Numbered from the stretch's first letter, positions 29,609 to 40,579 are shown. The stretch is 64,000 nt of DNA from an uncultured delta proteobacterium (GCA_963827685.1 CAWHBU010000005.1:64001-128000); one strand, 5' to 3'. Numbers and translations: made by a program. Notes: generated by a model not told the origin, from the sequence alone.

Positions 29609-30475
29609 ATGGATATCCTCATCTACGGAATTATCAATAGCTTTTCACTTGCATTAATGGCCATCGGCTTCACCTTGGTTTACGGGACCAGTCGGCTTCC
29701 CAACTTCGCCCACGGGGCATTGTATGTGGTCACAGGGTTTCTTGTTTGGAGTCTTATACACCTCCTCAAATTAAACTATGTCATTTCCATTATCTTAGCG
29801 CTGGTGATCATGGGGTTGGTTGGAGCAGCCATCTATCGGTTCGTTCTCATTCGTGTGAGAGGGATGGCTACATCTGAGATAATCGCAACCTATGCCCTGG
29901 GACTAGCTGTTCTCGAAGGCTTGCGTTGGGGTGGCTTTAAAGGGATGACCTATACACTTCCTGTTTTCATTGAAGGCAGTGTCAATATTGGAGGGATCCC
30001 TGTTGACCTTCAACGAATCATCGTCGTGGGAATAGGGATAGTAGTCGTTACCTTCATGTGGCTCTTCACCCATTTTAACAAGACCGGCTTGGCATTGAGA
30101 GGAATGGCCCAGGATGAACACGCTGCCATGATGCTGGGAATAGATTCCGACCGAATGGGTGTCATTGCCATGGCCATGGGATCTATTTTGGCTGGCCTCT
30201 CCGCCATTGCTTTACTTCCTTTAGGAAACATCGTTGTGGAGGCGGGTTACAATGTTTTGATCCTTTCGATCGCTGTATGCATTGTGGGAGGATTAGGCAG
30301 CTGGGTAGGTGCCATCCTTGCGGCTTTTATGATTGGGTTCCTTCAAATCATTACTGTTGCCTACATCCAATCCCATTTCCAGATGGTCGTCGCACTCCTG
30401 GCTATTATCGTCACACTTATATTGAGACCTTCTGGACTTTTTGGCAGACAAAAGGAACTGGAGGAAAGAGTATAA
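29609..30475 (+). CDS. livH: LivH-like permease
   Basis: PNFAHGA; RPSGLFG. Confidence 0.9.
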   Translation: MDILIYGIINSFSLALMAIGFTLVYGTSRLPNFAHGALYVVTGFLVWSLIHLLKLNYVISIILALVIMGLVGAAIYRFVLIRVRGMATSEIIATYALGLAVLEGLRWGGFKGMTYTLPVFIEGSVNIGGIPVDLQRIIVVGIGIVVVTFMWLFTHFNKTGLALRGMAQDEHAAMMLGIDSDRMGVIAMAMGSILAGLSAIALLPLGNIVVEAGYNVLILSIAVCIVGGLGSWVGAILAAFMIGFLQIITVAYIQSHFQMVVALLAIIVTLILRPSGLFGRQKELEERV

Positions 30476-30571
30476 AAACGAACTCAATGCAAAATGCAAA
30501 TTTCAAAATTTAAATCCCCCCTCTCCCCCCTTTACTAAAGGGGGGGGTGGGGGGATTATCGGAGATAAAGT

Positions 30572-31585
30572 TTGCAAAATCAAGAAAGACGCAAAGAGAG
30601 AATAGATCGGGGTATCAAAGTCCGGACAGAAGGGATCTACGCCGTCTCTTCATGGCAAGAGGTTACTTACCTCGTTCTTCCGAGACTGATTTTAATTGTA
30701 GGTCTTCTTCTCCTTCCTCTTCTCATGCCATCCCTTTATTGGAATAGAGTCATCTCCATTGTCGGTATATACGTCCTGCTCGCTCTCGGGTTTGATTTCT
30801 TAGCCCATTTTGTAGGATTGGTTTCCCTGGGAGGCGCTTTCTTTATTGGGGTAGGCGGATACACTGCGGCCATCCTCAATAAATCCTTGGGTCTCTCACC
30901 TGTTCTTACCATTCCCATGGCCACCATTGGTGGAGCTATTATTTGCACCCTTCTACTTCTTCCTGCCCTTCCCCTTAGAGGAGTCTATTTTGCTATTGTG
31001 ACCCTTATGTACCCTCTGGCCCTCATGAGAATCATTGAAGCATTGAATATCTTCGGTGGAACAGATGGTATTCTCGGGGTGGCCAGTCTCCCCAGCAGAT
31101 GGATTGAAGAGTATCTTATCATCTTAATCGTGATCTTCGCGCTATTTGGGTTAAGGAGATTGGTGAATGAGGATATTGGGCTGGTGTTCCGCGGAGTAAA
31201 AGATAATGATCAAGCGGTCAGAGCCTCCGGATTAAGCATTACCCTTTACAAAGCCATTGCCGTTTTCATTGCCTCCGGACTCGGTTCACTCGGGGGGGCC
31301 TATCTCTCCCATATTTACATGTGGTCGGGAATATCCCAATTCGCTCTGGATTTCTCTGTCATTCCCATTGCCGCCACAGTGATCGGTGGAGGGGGCACGT
31401 TGGTGGGTCCTTTGCTGGGTTGCTTTATCCTTGTCCCCGTTTCAGAACTACTGCGTGCCTTCGGGACGCTCAGAATCGTCTTCTATGCCGTCATATTAAT
31501 GGCTTTCATCATGTATCGAAGTGAAGGGATCATGGTTTACGCCCAGCGGAAATACCATCAGTTTGAGAGGTGGGTGAAGGTATGA
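30572..31585 (+). CDS. livM: LivM-like permease
   Basis: LRGVYFAIVTL; FGGTDG. Confidence 0.88.
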   Translation: MQNQERRKERIDRGIKVRTEGIYAVSSWQEVTYLVLPRLILIVGLLLLPLLMPSLYWNRVISIVGIYVLLALGFDFLAHFVGLVSLGGAFFIGVGGYTAAILNKSLGLSPVLTIPMATIGGAIICTLLLLPALPLRGVYFAIVTLMYPLALMRIIEALNIFGGTDGILGVASLPSRWIEEYLIILIVIFALFGLRRLVNEDIGLVFRGVKDNDQAVRASGLSITLYKAIAVFIASGLGSLGGAYLSHIYMWSGISQFALDFSVIPIAATVIGGGGTLVGPLLGCFILVPVSELLRAFGTLRIVFYAVILMAFIMYRSEGIMVYAQRKYHQFERWVKV

Positions 31586-32361
31586 GTGGAGAGGACATAC
31601 TCCAAGTAAAAGATGTCTGCAAAACCTTCGGTGGTGTTCAGGCATTGCTGAATGTCAGTTTTAGTGTTCAGCAGGGCGAGGTCTTTGGCATCATCGGTCC
31701 TAATGGATCAGGGAAAACGACGCTCATCAATTGCATTACCGGCTTTATCAAGATGGATTCTGGGAAAGTCCTTTATAAAGGTAAAAATATCAGTAACAGG
31801 ACGCCCAATAAGATTGCCAATCTTGGACTCACAAGAACCTTCCAGATCATGAGGCCTTACTACAGCCTTCCCGCATATAAGAACCTTATTATTCCCCTCT
31901 TCTCCCCAAGAGCGAGACGTAAAGGTGGGTGGCGGGGAGGAGGTAAACTTGGAGACAGAGGAACGGTAAGCATCGATATCTTGGAAGAGATTGGCTTCGA
32001 GAGAGATTCCTTTGTTCCTTATAAACTGGCATCAAGCCTTCCGACAGGGTATCTGAAACGTCTTGAACTTGCAAGATGTCTCGCCCTAAGGCCTGATGTC
32101 ATTCTGTGTGACGAAGTCTTCTCCGGACTCAGCATGAGCGAAATCGCCAGCATGGTTCCTTTGATAGAAAAATTGCAGATGGATAGGATTACCTTGGTGA
32201 TGATTGAGCACCGCTTGAGGGAACTCTTTCGGGTGGCCAGTCGTGTGATGGTGCTAAACTTTGGACAAAAACTGACCGAAGGCATCCCGGAAGAAGTGAT
32301 GCAGGATGAGAGGGTCAAAGAGGCTTATCTGGGTTCGGAAAAGGCTTCAGACTATATCTGA
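31582..32361 (+). CDS. livG: LivG-like ATPase
   Basis: GPNGSGKTT; VKEAYLG. Confidence 0.9.
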   Translation: MSGEDILQVKDVCKTFGGVQALLNVSFSVQQGEVFGIIGPNGSGKTTLINCITGFIKMDSGKVLYKGKNISNRTPNKIANLGLTRTFQIMRPYYSLPAYKNLIIPLFSPRARRKGGWRGGGKLGDRGTVSIDILEEIGFERDSFVPYKLASSLPTGYLKRLELARCLALRPDVILCDEVFSGLSMSEIASMVPLIEKLQMDRITLVMIEHRLRELFRVASRVMVLNFGQKLTEGIPEEVMQDERVKEAYLGSEKASDYI

Positions 32362-32464
32362 AGCCTTTATAGTGGATGAGTTCGGAGTTCAGGGTTCGGA
32401 GATCTTAAATAATACACTCCGAACTCCGAACTAATTACTCCGAACTAACCATTTGGAATTCTCA

Positions 32465-34111
32465 ATGAACACTTTAGAAACCGAATTAACTTTTACCCGC
32501 TTTGATCGGATGGTTGAAAAGTATCCTGATCGGCCGGCCATCATCTATCTGGGCGAGAAGTTTACCTATGCCAGATTGCGAAATCTCATCGATCGATTTG
32601 CCACGGCTCTGAATCGCTTGGGAGTGCGAAAAGGTGATAAGGTCATGCTCTATATCACAAACTCTGCCCAATGGGTTATCGCCTTCTTTGGGATTCAAAA
32701 GATTGGGGCTGTGGTTGTGCCGGTGGCTCCCATCTACACGTCTTTCGAAATTGAATATATGATCAATGACGCTGGTGTGGAGACGATCATCTGCCTTGAT
32801 ACCAATTTTGGATATGTACAGGAGATTTTTTCTAAGACCTGCTTAAAAAGGGTTATTATTACAAACCTCGTCGATCTCCTTCCGCTTTGGAAACGTACGG
32901 TTGGCTTCCTTTTTGATAAGATTCCGAACGGCATCGTTAAAAAGGGTGAGAATATCTATTTATTCAAAGATCTAATCAAACAAACGCCTGAGAGATTTGA
33001 TGTAGAAATCGATCCTTGGAATGACTTTTCCTATATTCTCTATACGGGTGGAACGACAGGGTTTCCGAAGGGAGTGCCCGGCAATCATATGGGCATGATC
33101 TCCTATGTCAGGGACGTCATGGAGGATGTGGCGGGAGGATATATCGAGGAGGGAAAAGATACCTATATTGCAATTAATCCTCTTTTCCACATCATGGCTC
33201 TGGGACTCTTTGTTGCCATTGGCCTGAATTATGGCAATAAGACGGTGATCATGCCCGTCCCTCAGGTCGATGCCATCTTACAGGCGGTACAAAAATATAA
33301 AGTGAGGTGGTTTTTGGGTGTCCCCGCTCTGTACCGTATGATGCTTGAAAACGATCGCCTGGATCAATACGACCTGAGCTCTCTAAAATACTGTTACTGC
33401 GGAGGGGATGTTCTCCCCATTGAGGTTTTTAAACGATGGAAAGAGCTTTTTGGACTAAATATCTACCAAGTCTATGGGTCAACGGAAGCAGGTCATGTTA
33501 CCTATTCTCGATTAAATACAGACCCGGAGCTGATGTCGATCGGATTGCCACTTAAGACGAGACAGTGTAAAGTGGTTGACCCGGATAGGTTGGAACCAGT
33601 GCCTGTCGGTGAGATCGGAGAACTTGTGGTGACTTCGGACTATACCGTCAAAAGCTATTTGAACAAGCCAGAGGAGACCAGCCGCTCTTATGTGGAGATA
33701 GATGGGAAGATTTACTACCGCATGGGAGATTACGTAAAGCAAGATGAAAACGGGGAGATCTACTACGTTGAGAGATCTGCCGATATCATAAAGTGTAAAG
33801 CTTATCGGGTTTCTGCCTCTGAGATTGAGGCCGTTCTGCAAGATCACCCCACTGTCATCGGTGCCTGTGTGGTGGGTGTTCCTGATCCAAAAGTCGGTGA
33901 GCGCATCAAAGCCATCGTTGTCCTCAAGGAGGATGCACGAGGGGTGGATGCCTCTGAATTGACCCGATGGTGCCGAGAAAGGCTTGCCCCGTATAAAATC
34001 CCACAATATATTGAATTCAGGGACATGCTGCCCAAATCAAAAGTAGGAAAACTCCTGAGACGCGAAATCAGGGAGGAAGAACGTAGGAGAATATCTAAAG
34101 AAAAAAAATAA
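32465..34111 (+). CDS. AMP-forming acyl-CoA ligase within the transporter operon
   Basis: YTGGTTGFPKG, YGSTE, PKSKVGK. Confidence 0.92.
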   Translation: MNTLETELTFTRFDRMVEKYPDRPAIIYLGEKFTYARLRNLIDRFATALNRLGVRKGDKVMLYITNSAQWVIAFFGIQKIGAVVVPVAPIYTSFEIEYMINDAGVETIICLDTNFGYVQEIFSKTCLKRVIITNLVDLLPLWKRTVGFLFDKIPNGIVKKGENIYLFKDLIKQTPERFDVEIDPWNDFSYILYTGGTTGFPKGVPGNHMGMISYVRDVMEDVAGGYIEEGKDTYIAINPLFHIMALGLFVAIGLNYGNKTVIMPVPQVDAILQAVQKYKVRWFLGVPALYRMMLENDRLDQYDLSSLKYCYCGGDVLPIEVFKRWKELFGLNIYQVYGSTEAGHVTYSRLNTDPELMSIGLPLKTRQCKVVDPDRLEPVPVGEIGELVVTSDYTVKSYLNKPEETSRSYVEIDGKIYYRMGDYVKQDENGEIYYVERSADIIKCKAYRVSASEIEAVLQDHPTVIGACVVGVPDPKVGERIKAIVVLKEDARGVDASELTRWCRERLAPYKIPQYIEFRDMLPKSKVGKLLRREIREEERRRISKEKK

Positions 34112-34195
34112 GGCTCCTCGCAATGACTCACTGGGGCCAATGCAAACGATAGTGTGCTCCCGGTAGTATTTATTGCTAAATGAAGAGGCGGTGAA

Positions 34196-34942
34196 ATGCT
34201 CGAGATCAAAAACCTCATGGTATTTTATGAGAACGCCATCGCCATCAATAACATCAGTATCAAATGCCAGGGTGGAAAAGTCACAGGCATTTTCGGTGCC
34301 AACAGTGCAGGCAAGTCCACGCTGATGTATACCATCTCCGGAATCATATTGGATGTGAAGAAGAAGGAAGAGATGAAAGGGGGAGAGAGGATCATCGTCC
34401 TGGGTCATATCGCATTTGAAGAAATGGATATCACATCCATGAAGCCCAGCGATAGAGCCAGGAGAGGAATCATCCTCTGCCCTGAAAGACGACGGATCTT
34501 CGCGGAAAGCAGCACTTTGGAGAATCTTAAGATCGGGGGTTATTTGGCCACAAAGGCTCAGGCTAAGAAGACCCTGGAATATGTTTTTACCATTTTTCCA
34601 CCCTTGAAAAATCTGAAGAAGAGAGAGGGAGGTTTTCTCAGCGGAGGGGAACAGCAGATGCTGGCCATTGGAAGGGCCTTGATGGCCCAGCCGAAACTGC
34701 TTCTCCTCGACGAGCCGTTACTCGGACTGAGTCCGATGATGGAGGGCATGCTTGCACGATCCGTCCACGATATCAATCTACAGACAGGGATTACCATTCT
34801 CATCTCGGAACAGTATGCCCGTCCCATTTTGCCGATCATTCACCACGGATATATTCTTGAAAATGGAGGCGCCGTTCTGGAAGGTTCCTCCCAGGAATTA
34901 GTGGATAACCCCGATGTAAAATCCGCCTATTTTGGGCTGTGA
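34196..34942 (+). CDS. livF: LivF-like ATPase
   Basis: GANSAGKST; LSGGEQQMLAIGRAL. Confidence 0.9.
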   Translation: MLEIKNLMVFYENAIAINNISIKCQGGKVTGIFGANSAGKSTLMYTISGIILDVKKKEEMKGGERIIVLGHIAFEEMDITSMKPSDRARRGIILCPERRRIFAESSTLENLKIGGYLATKAQAKKTLEYVFTIFPPLKNLKKREGGFLSGGEQQMLAIGRALMAQPKLLLLDEPLLGLSPMMEGMLARSVHDINLQTGITILISEQYARPILPIIHHGYILENGGAVLEGSSQELVDNPDVKSAYFGL

Positions 34943-34980
34943 GGCTAATTCGATGACGGCGGTTTTTCCGTTGGTCTAAT

Positions 34981-35062
34981 AATCCCCCTTTGGCAAAGGG
35001 GGATTTAGGGGGATTTCCCCGAGGTTCAAATCCCCCCTGACCCCCCTTTTCTAAAGGGGGGG
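34981..35062. repeat. C/G-run palindromic REP-like element; related copies at about 15388, 30512, 47690 and 52030
   Basis: ccccctttggcaaaggggg and ccccttttctaaagggg hairpins. Confidence 0.7.
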
Positions 35063-35135
35063 AAACGTTAACAGTTAAAGGCGAAGCCATCATTCGAGTG
35101 GAAATTGACTCTTGCTCCACTGAGGAAATATTCCT

Positions 35136-35669
35136 ATGAAGATCTTAGCACTCATTGGAAGCCCAAGAAAAGGAAGTAACACTGACCTATTGGTGGATCA
35201 AATATTGAAAGGGAGTAAAGAAGGGAAGCATACAAGTGAAAAGCTTTACTTGTACGATTTCGAAATTCTCCCTTGCATCGATTGCCGTGCCTGCAAAAGG
35301 GGAAATTTTGTATGTCCCCTGAAAGACGGAATGCGAAAGATTTACCCGAAAATGGAGAAAGCAGATTTGATCCTTTTCGGAACACCGAACTATTGGTATG
35401 GCCCTACCGGAAAGATGAAACTTCTGATAGATCGGATGAGGCCTTTCGTCGCAAACAAAAAAATGAAAGGCAAGAAATGGGCGATTGTCTCGCCATCCGC
35501 CGAAGGACCAAATTCCTGCAGACTCCTGGTCGAAATGCTCCGCCTGTCATGTGATTATTTGGGGATGAAATTTGCGGGAAAGATTTTGGCCAAAGCATAC
35601 GAAAGGGGAGAGATTAAAAAAGATCAAAAGGCATTGAGGAAGGCCTTTGAATTCGGAATGTCATTGTAG
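35136..35669 (+). CDS. Flavodoxin-fold iron-sulfur flavoprotein
   Basis: GSPRKGSNT; CIDCRAC-x5-C; GTPNYW. Confidence 0.9.
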   Translation: MKILALIGSPRKGSNTDLLVDQILKGSKEGKHTSEKLYLYDFEILPCIDCRACKRGNFVCPLKDGMRKIYPKMEKADLILFGTPNYWYGPTGKMKLLIDRMRPFVANKKMKGKKWAIVSPSAEGPNSCRLLVEMLRLSCDYLGMKFAGKILAKAYERGEIKKDQKALRKAFEFGMSL

Positions 35670-35961
35670 TCCTACAGCCCAGGTCATACCCACCAATACT
35701 TCCTTTCTGTACTCTTCGAGTGGGAAATCCTTACCCTCATTCAATATTGCAATTGATAATCCTTAAAAAGATAATTTTCACACCCCAATTTTTAGTCTTG
35801 GCGAAGGGACTATTAAGCACATAAATTAATCTTAGCGAGATAACATCTTTCAGAAGGCGGCATTATGGAAGGACTTCACGAGCACGATCATCCGAGGCAC
35901 AAGCCGAAAAAGCATGAGTATGCCCACGAGAAGAACGTGTAATGCGGGGTAAGACCCGAGC

Positions 35962-37215
35962 CTAAAGAAAGGTGTGACTGTACGCCTTTTCGACCGCCCT
36001 TCCGATCCGGTAACCGAGGAAGCCGCCCAGAGCCGAGCCCACAACGCCCTGGCTCGTCTGAATCGTCACAAACCAGGTGGCGTAAAACTTGTGCCATATG
36101 AAGGGTGCTGAGACGAGATAGAAGTAAAGGTAGACAACAAGCCCCCGCAAGGCCCCAGCGGCAGTTGCCCCCCAAGGGGTTCGAACGTAATCGCGGGTTA
36201 TCAGAAAAAAAGTCTCCAAGGACAACGATTCGATTATTATGTACGGCCACCAGAGGGGATTTACGCCCCTCGATATCATCTGGCCAAGGAGACTATTCCC
36301 GATGATGATCAAAGAGGCTGTTCCGGATTTCGGTATCAACCGAATACCGGTGAAAAGAACGCAGGTGAACGGGACCGAGAAAAAGAAAGCCTGGATGAAG
36401 GGAATTCTACTCAGGCCCATCTTAAAGGGCAGTGCCGCAAGATAGAGGAGGCTGATGAAGAAGGCGATCACGACAAGGTCGATGGTCGTGAACTTCTGGA
36501 ACAAGCTCTTGGAACGGGATACAGAGGTGGTTCGGGTTACAGAGAATCCACGCACCTCGGCGGCAAGGGCTAGGAGGCGGGCCTGCCGCAGGGAGTTTAT
36601 GACAAGGGGCTGGAGCAACAGCCGAAGGACCTTGAAGGCGTTGATTATTCCCCTTGTCCTAATCCCCCTCAAACGTAGCCCCAGGAGTATCCTCCTCATC
36701 TCTTCCAGAAGCTGAGGCATGAACCGCAGGCTGACGAGGAGGATCAGACCGAGTTCGCGGGGGATCCTTATCCTTTTGAGAGACAAAAGGATTTCAGAAG
36801 GGTGGGTCGATGCAACGATAGCGGTCGCTACAAGGGTCCCCGAGATAAGGCGCAATGACTGGACGAGACCGTAAGTGAGCCCCTCCTTGTAGAGCTGGAC
36901 GCCCCCCGTAATCCTGCCTATGCAGGGAAACTGCTTCGGCACAATCGTGATGAGGACCGTTCGGGGTTCGAAATAGTAGAAAAAGGCCTGAGAAATCATT
37001 GTTGAGATGACGATGGAGAGTATGACGAGAAAAAGAGCCCTGAACCGATGAACACGGACCCCGGCGAAGAGAAGCACCATCAGGGTTGAGACGACCAGGA
37101 CGAGGAGGTGGGCTGGTCGGTTGAGGATGACGATCAAGGCCGAGACGACAAGGCTGTAGCCGATCTTGGCGAGGGGATGGACCCGGCTGAGTAATGACCT
37201 ACCCACGCTTTTCAT
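35962..37215 (-). CDS. ECF transporter T component fused to an extra membrane domain (possible S component)
   Basis: VHPLAK, LRFMP, LRG and VRGF coupling motifs, followed by about 170 hydrophobic residues. Confidence 0.75.
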   Translation of the reverse strand: MKSVGRSLLSRVHPLAKIGYSLVVSALIVILNRPAHLLVLVVSTLMVLLFAGVRVHRFRALFLVILSIVISTMISQAFFYYFEPRTVLITIVPKQFPCIGRITGGVQLYKEGLTYGLVQSLRLISGTLVATAIVASTHPSEILLSLKRIRIPRELGLILLVSLRFMPQLLEEMRRILLGLRLRGIRTRGIINAFKVLRLLLQPLVINSLRQARLLALAAEVRGFSVTRTTSVSRSKSLFQKFTTIDLVVIAFFISLLYLAALPFKMGLSRIPFIQAFFFSVPFTCVLFTGIRLIPKSGTASLIIIGNSLLGQMISRGVNPLWWPYIIIESLSLETFFLITRDYVRTPWGATAAGALRGLVVYLYFYLVSAPFIWHKFYATWFVTIQTSQGVVGSALGGFLGYRIGRAVEKAYSHTFL

Positions 37216-38617
37216 CAGCGGCTATCCTACCCTTCACTAAGGTGACAATTCTCTTCCCATAGCGCCTGACGGCTCTCATGTTGTTGGAGGAGAAGATGAT
37301 AGTTGTTCCGTGCTTGCTCAGGATTTCCGTAAGGTCCATGAGCTTTGCCCAGTTTCCCTCGTCGAGGCCGGTTGTTGGTTCATCTAACAGGAGGATCTCG
37401 GCCTCGGGCCTTAAAATTGAGAGAAAAGCCACTTTTTTCCGCTCGCCCCGGGAGAGGCAGTGGGGATGGACTGAGCGGTGATGGACAAGCCCCATGTAGC
37501 GTAACAGCGGCTCTATGAGCGTGTTTGGTGACCTCCGTTCCCCTCCGAGGAGCAACTCCGCTTCGACCGTATCGGCGAACATCTGCTCGTCGGGGTTTTG
37601 GAACAGGTAGCCGACCTTGCCTGCAAGGGAATCAAGATAAGGACTCTCGTGCCCCAGGAGGGATACTGAACCCCGTTGCGGCTTCACAAGCCCAAGGATT
37701 ACTCGAAACAGCGTGGTCTTGCCCGATCCATTGTCGCCCACGACCGCTACCATCTCCCCTCTCGTGACGGCGAGAGAAATATCGTGAAGGGCAAAACTCC
37801 GGTCTTTTACCTCGTACGTGACATCATCGAGCTTTAAGACTTGTTGACGTGGTCTGTCATGTCTCTCCAGAATCCCTCCCTCTCGTTCAGTAAGGGTGCG
37901 GGTGGGGGTGGTTTCCATCCAGTCCGCCGGCTCGGGCATCTCCCCATCCTGATCCTCTTGGTGTCCATGCCTTTCCAGGAGCAGGACCTTGTCAGGAGAA
38001 AAGGGAAGATCTTCACCATCATGGTCAGCAATAAGGATAGTATGGCCCTCCTGTTTCAGCTTCCCGATCACGTCGAAGAACTTTCTCCAACCTTTCTCGT
38101 CGAGGTCGGTTGTCGGCTCATCGAAGAGGAATACCTTCGGCCGCATCGCATAGGCGCCAGCGATGGCAAGCCTCTGCTTCTGCCCACCCGAGAGCCTGGA
38201 TGTCTCCCTGTCTTGCAGTTCCGTCAAGTCGAGTTCTCGAAGGGCCCCATCTACCCGCTCTTTTACATGCTGGGAGGGGAGGCCTAGATTTTCGCAGCCG
38301 AAGGCTACATCTTCCCCAACACGGAGCATGAAGATCTGGTTGTCGGGGTTCTGGAAGACCGTGCCGACAGTTCTGGACATCTCACCGACGGTAACATCCA
38401 TGGGTTTCACCCCATCCACTTCAACATCACCCGACAGCGTCCCTTCGATTACATGGGGGATGAGCCCATTGATGCAGAAAAGGAGCGTGGATTTCCCGGT
38501 GCCTGATTCTCCCTTTATAAGGGCTAACTCGCCCTTCCCCACATCGAGGTTCACATTGATGAGGACAGGCTCCGGCGAGCCCGGATACGAATAGGCGAGG
38601 TTGCGGATCTTTAGCAT
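37199..38617 (-). CDS. ECF transporter tandem ATPase
   Basis: Two Walker A motifs (GESGTGKS, GDNGSGKT) and FQNPD twice. Confidence 0.9.
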   Translation of the reverse strand: MLKIRNLAYSYPGSPEPVLINVNLDVGKGELALIKGESGTGKSTLLFCINGLIPHVIEGTLSGDVEVDGVKPMDVTVGEMSRTVGTVFQNPDNQIFMLRVGEDVAFGCENLGLPSQHVKERVDGALRELDLTELQDRETSRLSGGQKQRLAIAGAYAMRPKVFLFDEPTTDLDEKGWRKFFDVIGKLKQEGHTILIADHDGEDLPFSPDKVLLLERHGHQEDQDGEMPEPADWMETTPTRTLTEREGGILERHDRPRQQVLKLDDVTYEVKDRSFALHDISLAVTRGEMVAVVGDNGSGKTTLFRVILGLVKPQRGSVSLLGHESPYLDSLAGKVGYLFQNPDEQMFADTVEAELLLGGERRSPNTLIEPLLRYMGLVHHRSVHPHCLSRGERKKVAFLSILRPEAEILLLDEPTTGLDEGNWAKLMDLTEILSKHGTTIIFSSNNMRAVRRYGKRIVTLVKGRIAADEKRG

Positions 38618-39324
38618 CGTCGTAGGTTATTGGTAAAGAGGTCAATAACCCCGTTGTAGTCCTCACCCGAGGAACGGGAGAAGGTGACATTCCGGAGGTA
38701 CTTGCCCGCAAGGGACGCCACCTGTTCGACTTCTTGATAAGATGGTTCCCTGATGTCGAGTCCGTCCACCTTCATGTAGCCGATGATCCGGTAGGGGATG
38801 TCCTGGTCGACAGAAGCCACGAACCTTGCAATCCCTTCGATCTCTTCGCTGTCGATCATGCTGGGGATGTAGACGGATGAGGCCGAGAGGCCGACACCAG
38901 CCGCGTGAATCTCTCTGAAGTGCTGCAAACACCGCTGGTTCGACTTGCCGGTATACTTCCTGTGGAGCCTGTCATCGAGGGCCTTGATCGACATGGCCAC
39001 GTGGGTGACACCATCAAGGTTAGGGAGTATATAGCCGTTGGTAATCAATCTCACCTCACAGCCGAAGGCGTCTCTCAAGGCTGCGGGCAGGCGGTTGAAG
39101 GCTGGGCTCGGCCTCGCCTCTCCACTGAGGATCGACACACTCCGAGGACGCACAGGCCCGAGGAGCGTGAGGACCTCGTCGAGATCAAGCCGCTTGACCC
39201 TTTTGAGGCTAATTTTTCCGTAAATCTGCTTCCAGTAGCAGCAGAGGCAGCGGAAATTGCAGCCGATGAAATAGAGGGAACAGGAACCGCTCTTCGCATT
39301 GTGGGTGATGCGGTGAATATTCAT
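38611..39324 (-). CDS. Radical SAM protein (activating-enzyme-like)
   Basis: GCNFRCLCC (CxxxCxxC), SGE, ITNGY, SIKA. Confidence 0.85.
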   Translation of the reverse strand: MNIHRITHNAKSGSCSLYFIGCNFRCLCCYWKQIYGKISLKRVKRLDLDEVLTLLGPVRPRSVSILSGEARPSPAFNRLPAALRDAFGCEVRLITNGYILPNLDGVTHVAMSIKALDDRLHRKYTGKSNQRCLQHFREIHAAGVGLSASSVYIPSMIDSEEIEGIARFVASVDQDIPYRIIGYMKVDGLDIREPSYQEVEQVASLAGKYLRNVTFSRSSGEDYNGVIDLFTNNLRRC

Positions 39325-39458
39325 GTTAGAACCTCCATCGGGCGGATATCATAGCAATGCGCGGCGGTGCAAAATAATTGAGATACTCCTCACACTTGCT
39401 GTTCCTGGCCTGGTGGCGTTACGGTTGCAACCACTTTGACTGTTTCGATGTTTGCTCC

Positions 39459-39507
39459 AAAAAAAACCACGAAGGGGAAGGTCTCCGGACCTTTCTGCCT
39501 TCGTGGC
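39459..39507 (-). promoter_or_regulatory. Dual-hairpin attenuator motif, copy 1
   Basis: GCC-ACGAA-GGC, AAGGUC-CGGA-GACCUU, CCUUCGUGG-U8. Confidence 0.75.
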
Positions 39508-39514
39508 TGATGTC

Positions 39515-39583
39515 AATATAACTTTTCTTTTTCGGATTTGTCAAAATTTTTTTCTTGACAAAGAAAAGTAAATTGTTTATAGA
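39515..39583. promoter_or_regulatory. Divergent back-to-back sigma70 promoters
   Basis: Minus strand TTGACA(39544-39539)-18-TATATT; plus strand TTGACA(39555)-17-TATAGA. Confidence 0.7.
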
Positions 39584-39599
39584 AACATCTGAATTGAAT

Positions 39600-39710
39600 G
39601 CCACGAAGGTTTGGGTCTGAAGACCTGCTCTCGTGGCTTTTTTATTTTGTCGAAATCAAAACCACGAAGGTTTGTGCCTCGCTGAAGCGACACATCTCGT
39701 GGTTTTTTTT
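39600..39710 (+). promoter_or_regulatory. Dual-hairpin attenuator motif, tandem copies 2 and 3
   Basis: 39600..39643 and 39658..39710; CCACGAAGG...C-UGAA-G hairpin...CUCGUGG then a U-run. Confidence 0.78.
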
Positions 39711-39862
39711 ATGGGAAAAAAGGAAATGGTGTGCAGTTGGAGAGGGACAACTTACGATATTATTTTCCTTCTCTACGTCGGCGACAATGAAAAAACGACC
39801 AACGAGAAATGGTTTTTACATCTTCCAACGAGAAAAAAGATGGAAGGTTTAAGGAGACGCTT

Positions 39863-40579
39863 ATGGAACAGGCCGTATGTAAAAGAGTGGCAACCGTCAA
39901 ATTCTGGGATGCCTATGCGAAATGGTATAAGCTTTGGATGGAACACACTCACTATCATGAGAGAATTATCGAGGTGCTCATGGCTATGTCCAGACCGGGT
40001 TGGAAGGTCCTGGATATCGGAGCTGGAAACGGTATTCTCTCAATACCTCTCTGCGCCCGGAGGTGTGAAGTGACGACCCTCGAGCCTTCCATTGGAATGA
40101 GAAACCTGCTGTATGAGGAGGCATTCAAGAATAGGGTTGATGGGTTTAACGTCGATGAACGAATTTGGGAAGAGGTCCCCTGTTATGAGTTTTTAGATTA
40201 CGACCTCATCATGGCGTGCAATGCCCTTCACTTGACGCAGATCGGATTTGAAGAAGCCCTTGCAAAAATATTTCGGACAGGGCCGCGAAACGTCTTTCTG
40301 ATTTCAGAACTTGGACCGCCGGAAATCCAGGTGAAATGCCATTATGGCAATTACACGATGGCCCTTATGAAATCCTACGAAACGGATAGCTCTTACGCCT
40401 ACCATCATCTGAATGAAGTAGTGGAACACTGGATCTTTAAAAAGGGGCGATCCCTTCAACCTGACGAAATCCGTGATCTAAAAGAAAGGGTCGTTCTTCA
40501 GAACGGCCATCTCTGGATAAGGGATACGGCGCGAGTGATGATGTGCTGGTGGAAAAAAACATCTATGAATTTTAGCTAA
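39863..40579 (+). CDS. Class I SAM-dependent methyltransferase
   Basis: VLDIGAGNG, LEPS; RBS aaggag before the ATG at 39863. Confidence 0.88.
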   Translation: MEQAVCKRVATVKFWDAYAKWYKLWMEHTHYHERIIEVLMAMSRPGWKVLDIGAGNGILSIPLCARRCEVTTLEPSIGMRNLLYEEAFKNRVDGFNVDERIWEEVPCYEFLDYDLIMACNALHLTQIGFEEALAKIFRTGPRNVFLISELGPPEIQVKCHYGNYTMALMKSYETDSSYAYHHLNEVVEHWIFKKGRSLQPDEIRDLKERVVLQNGHLWIRDTARVMMCWWKKTSMNFS

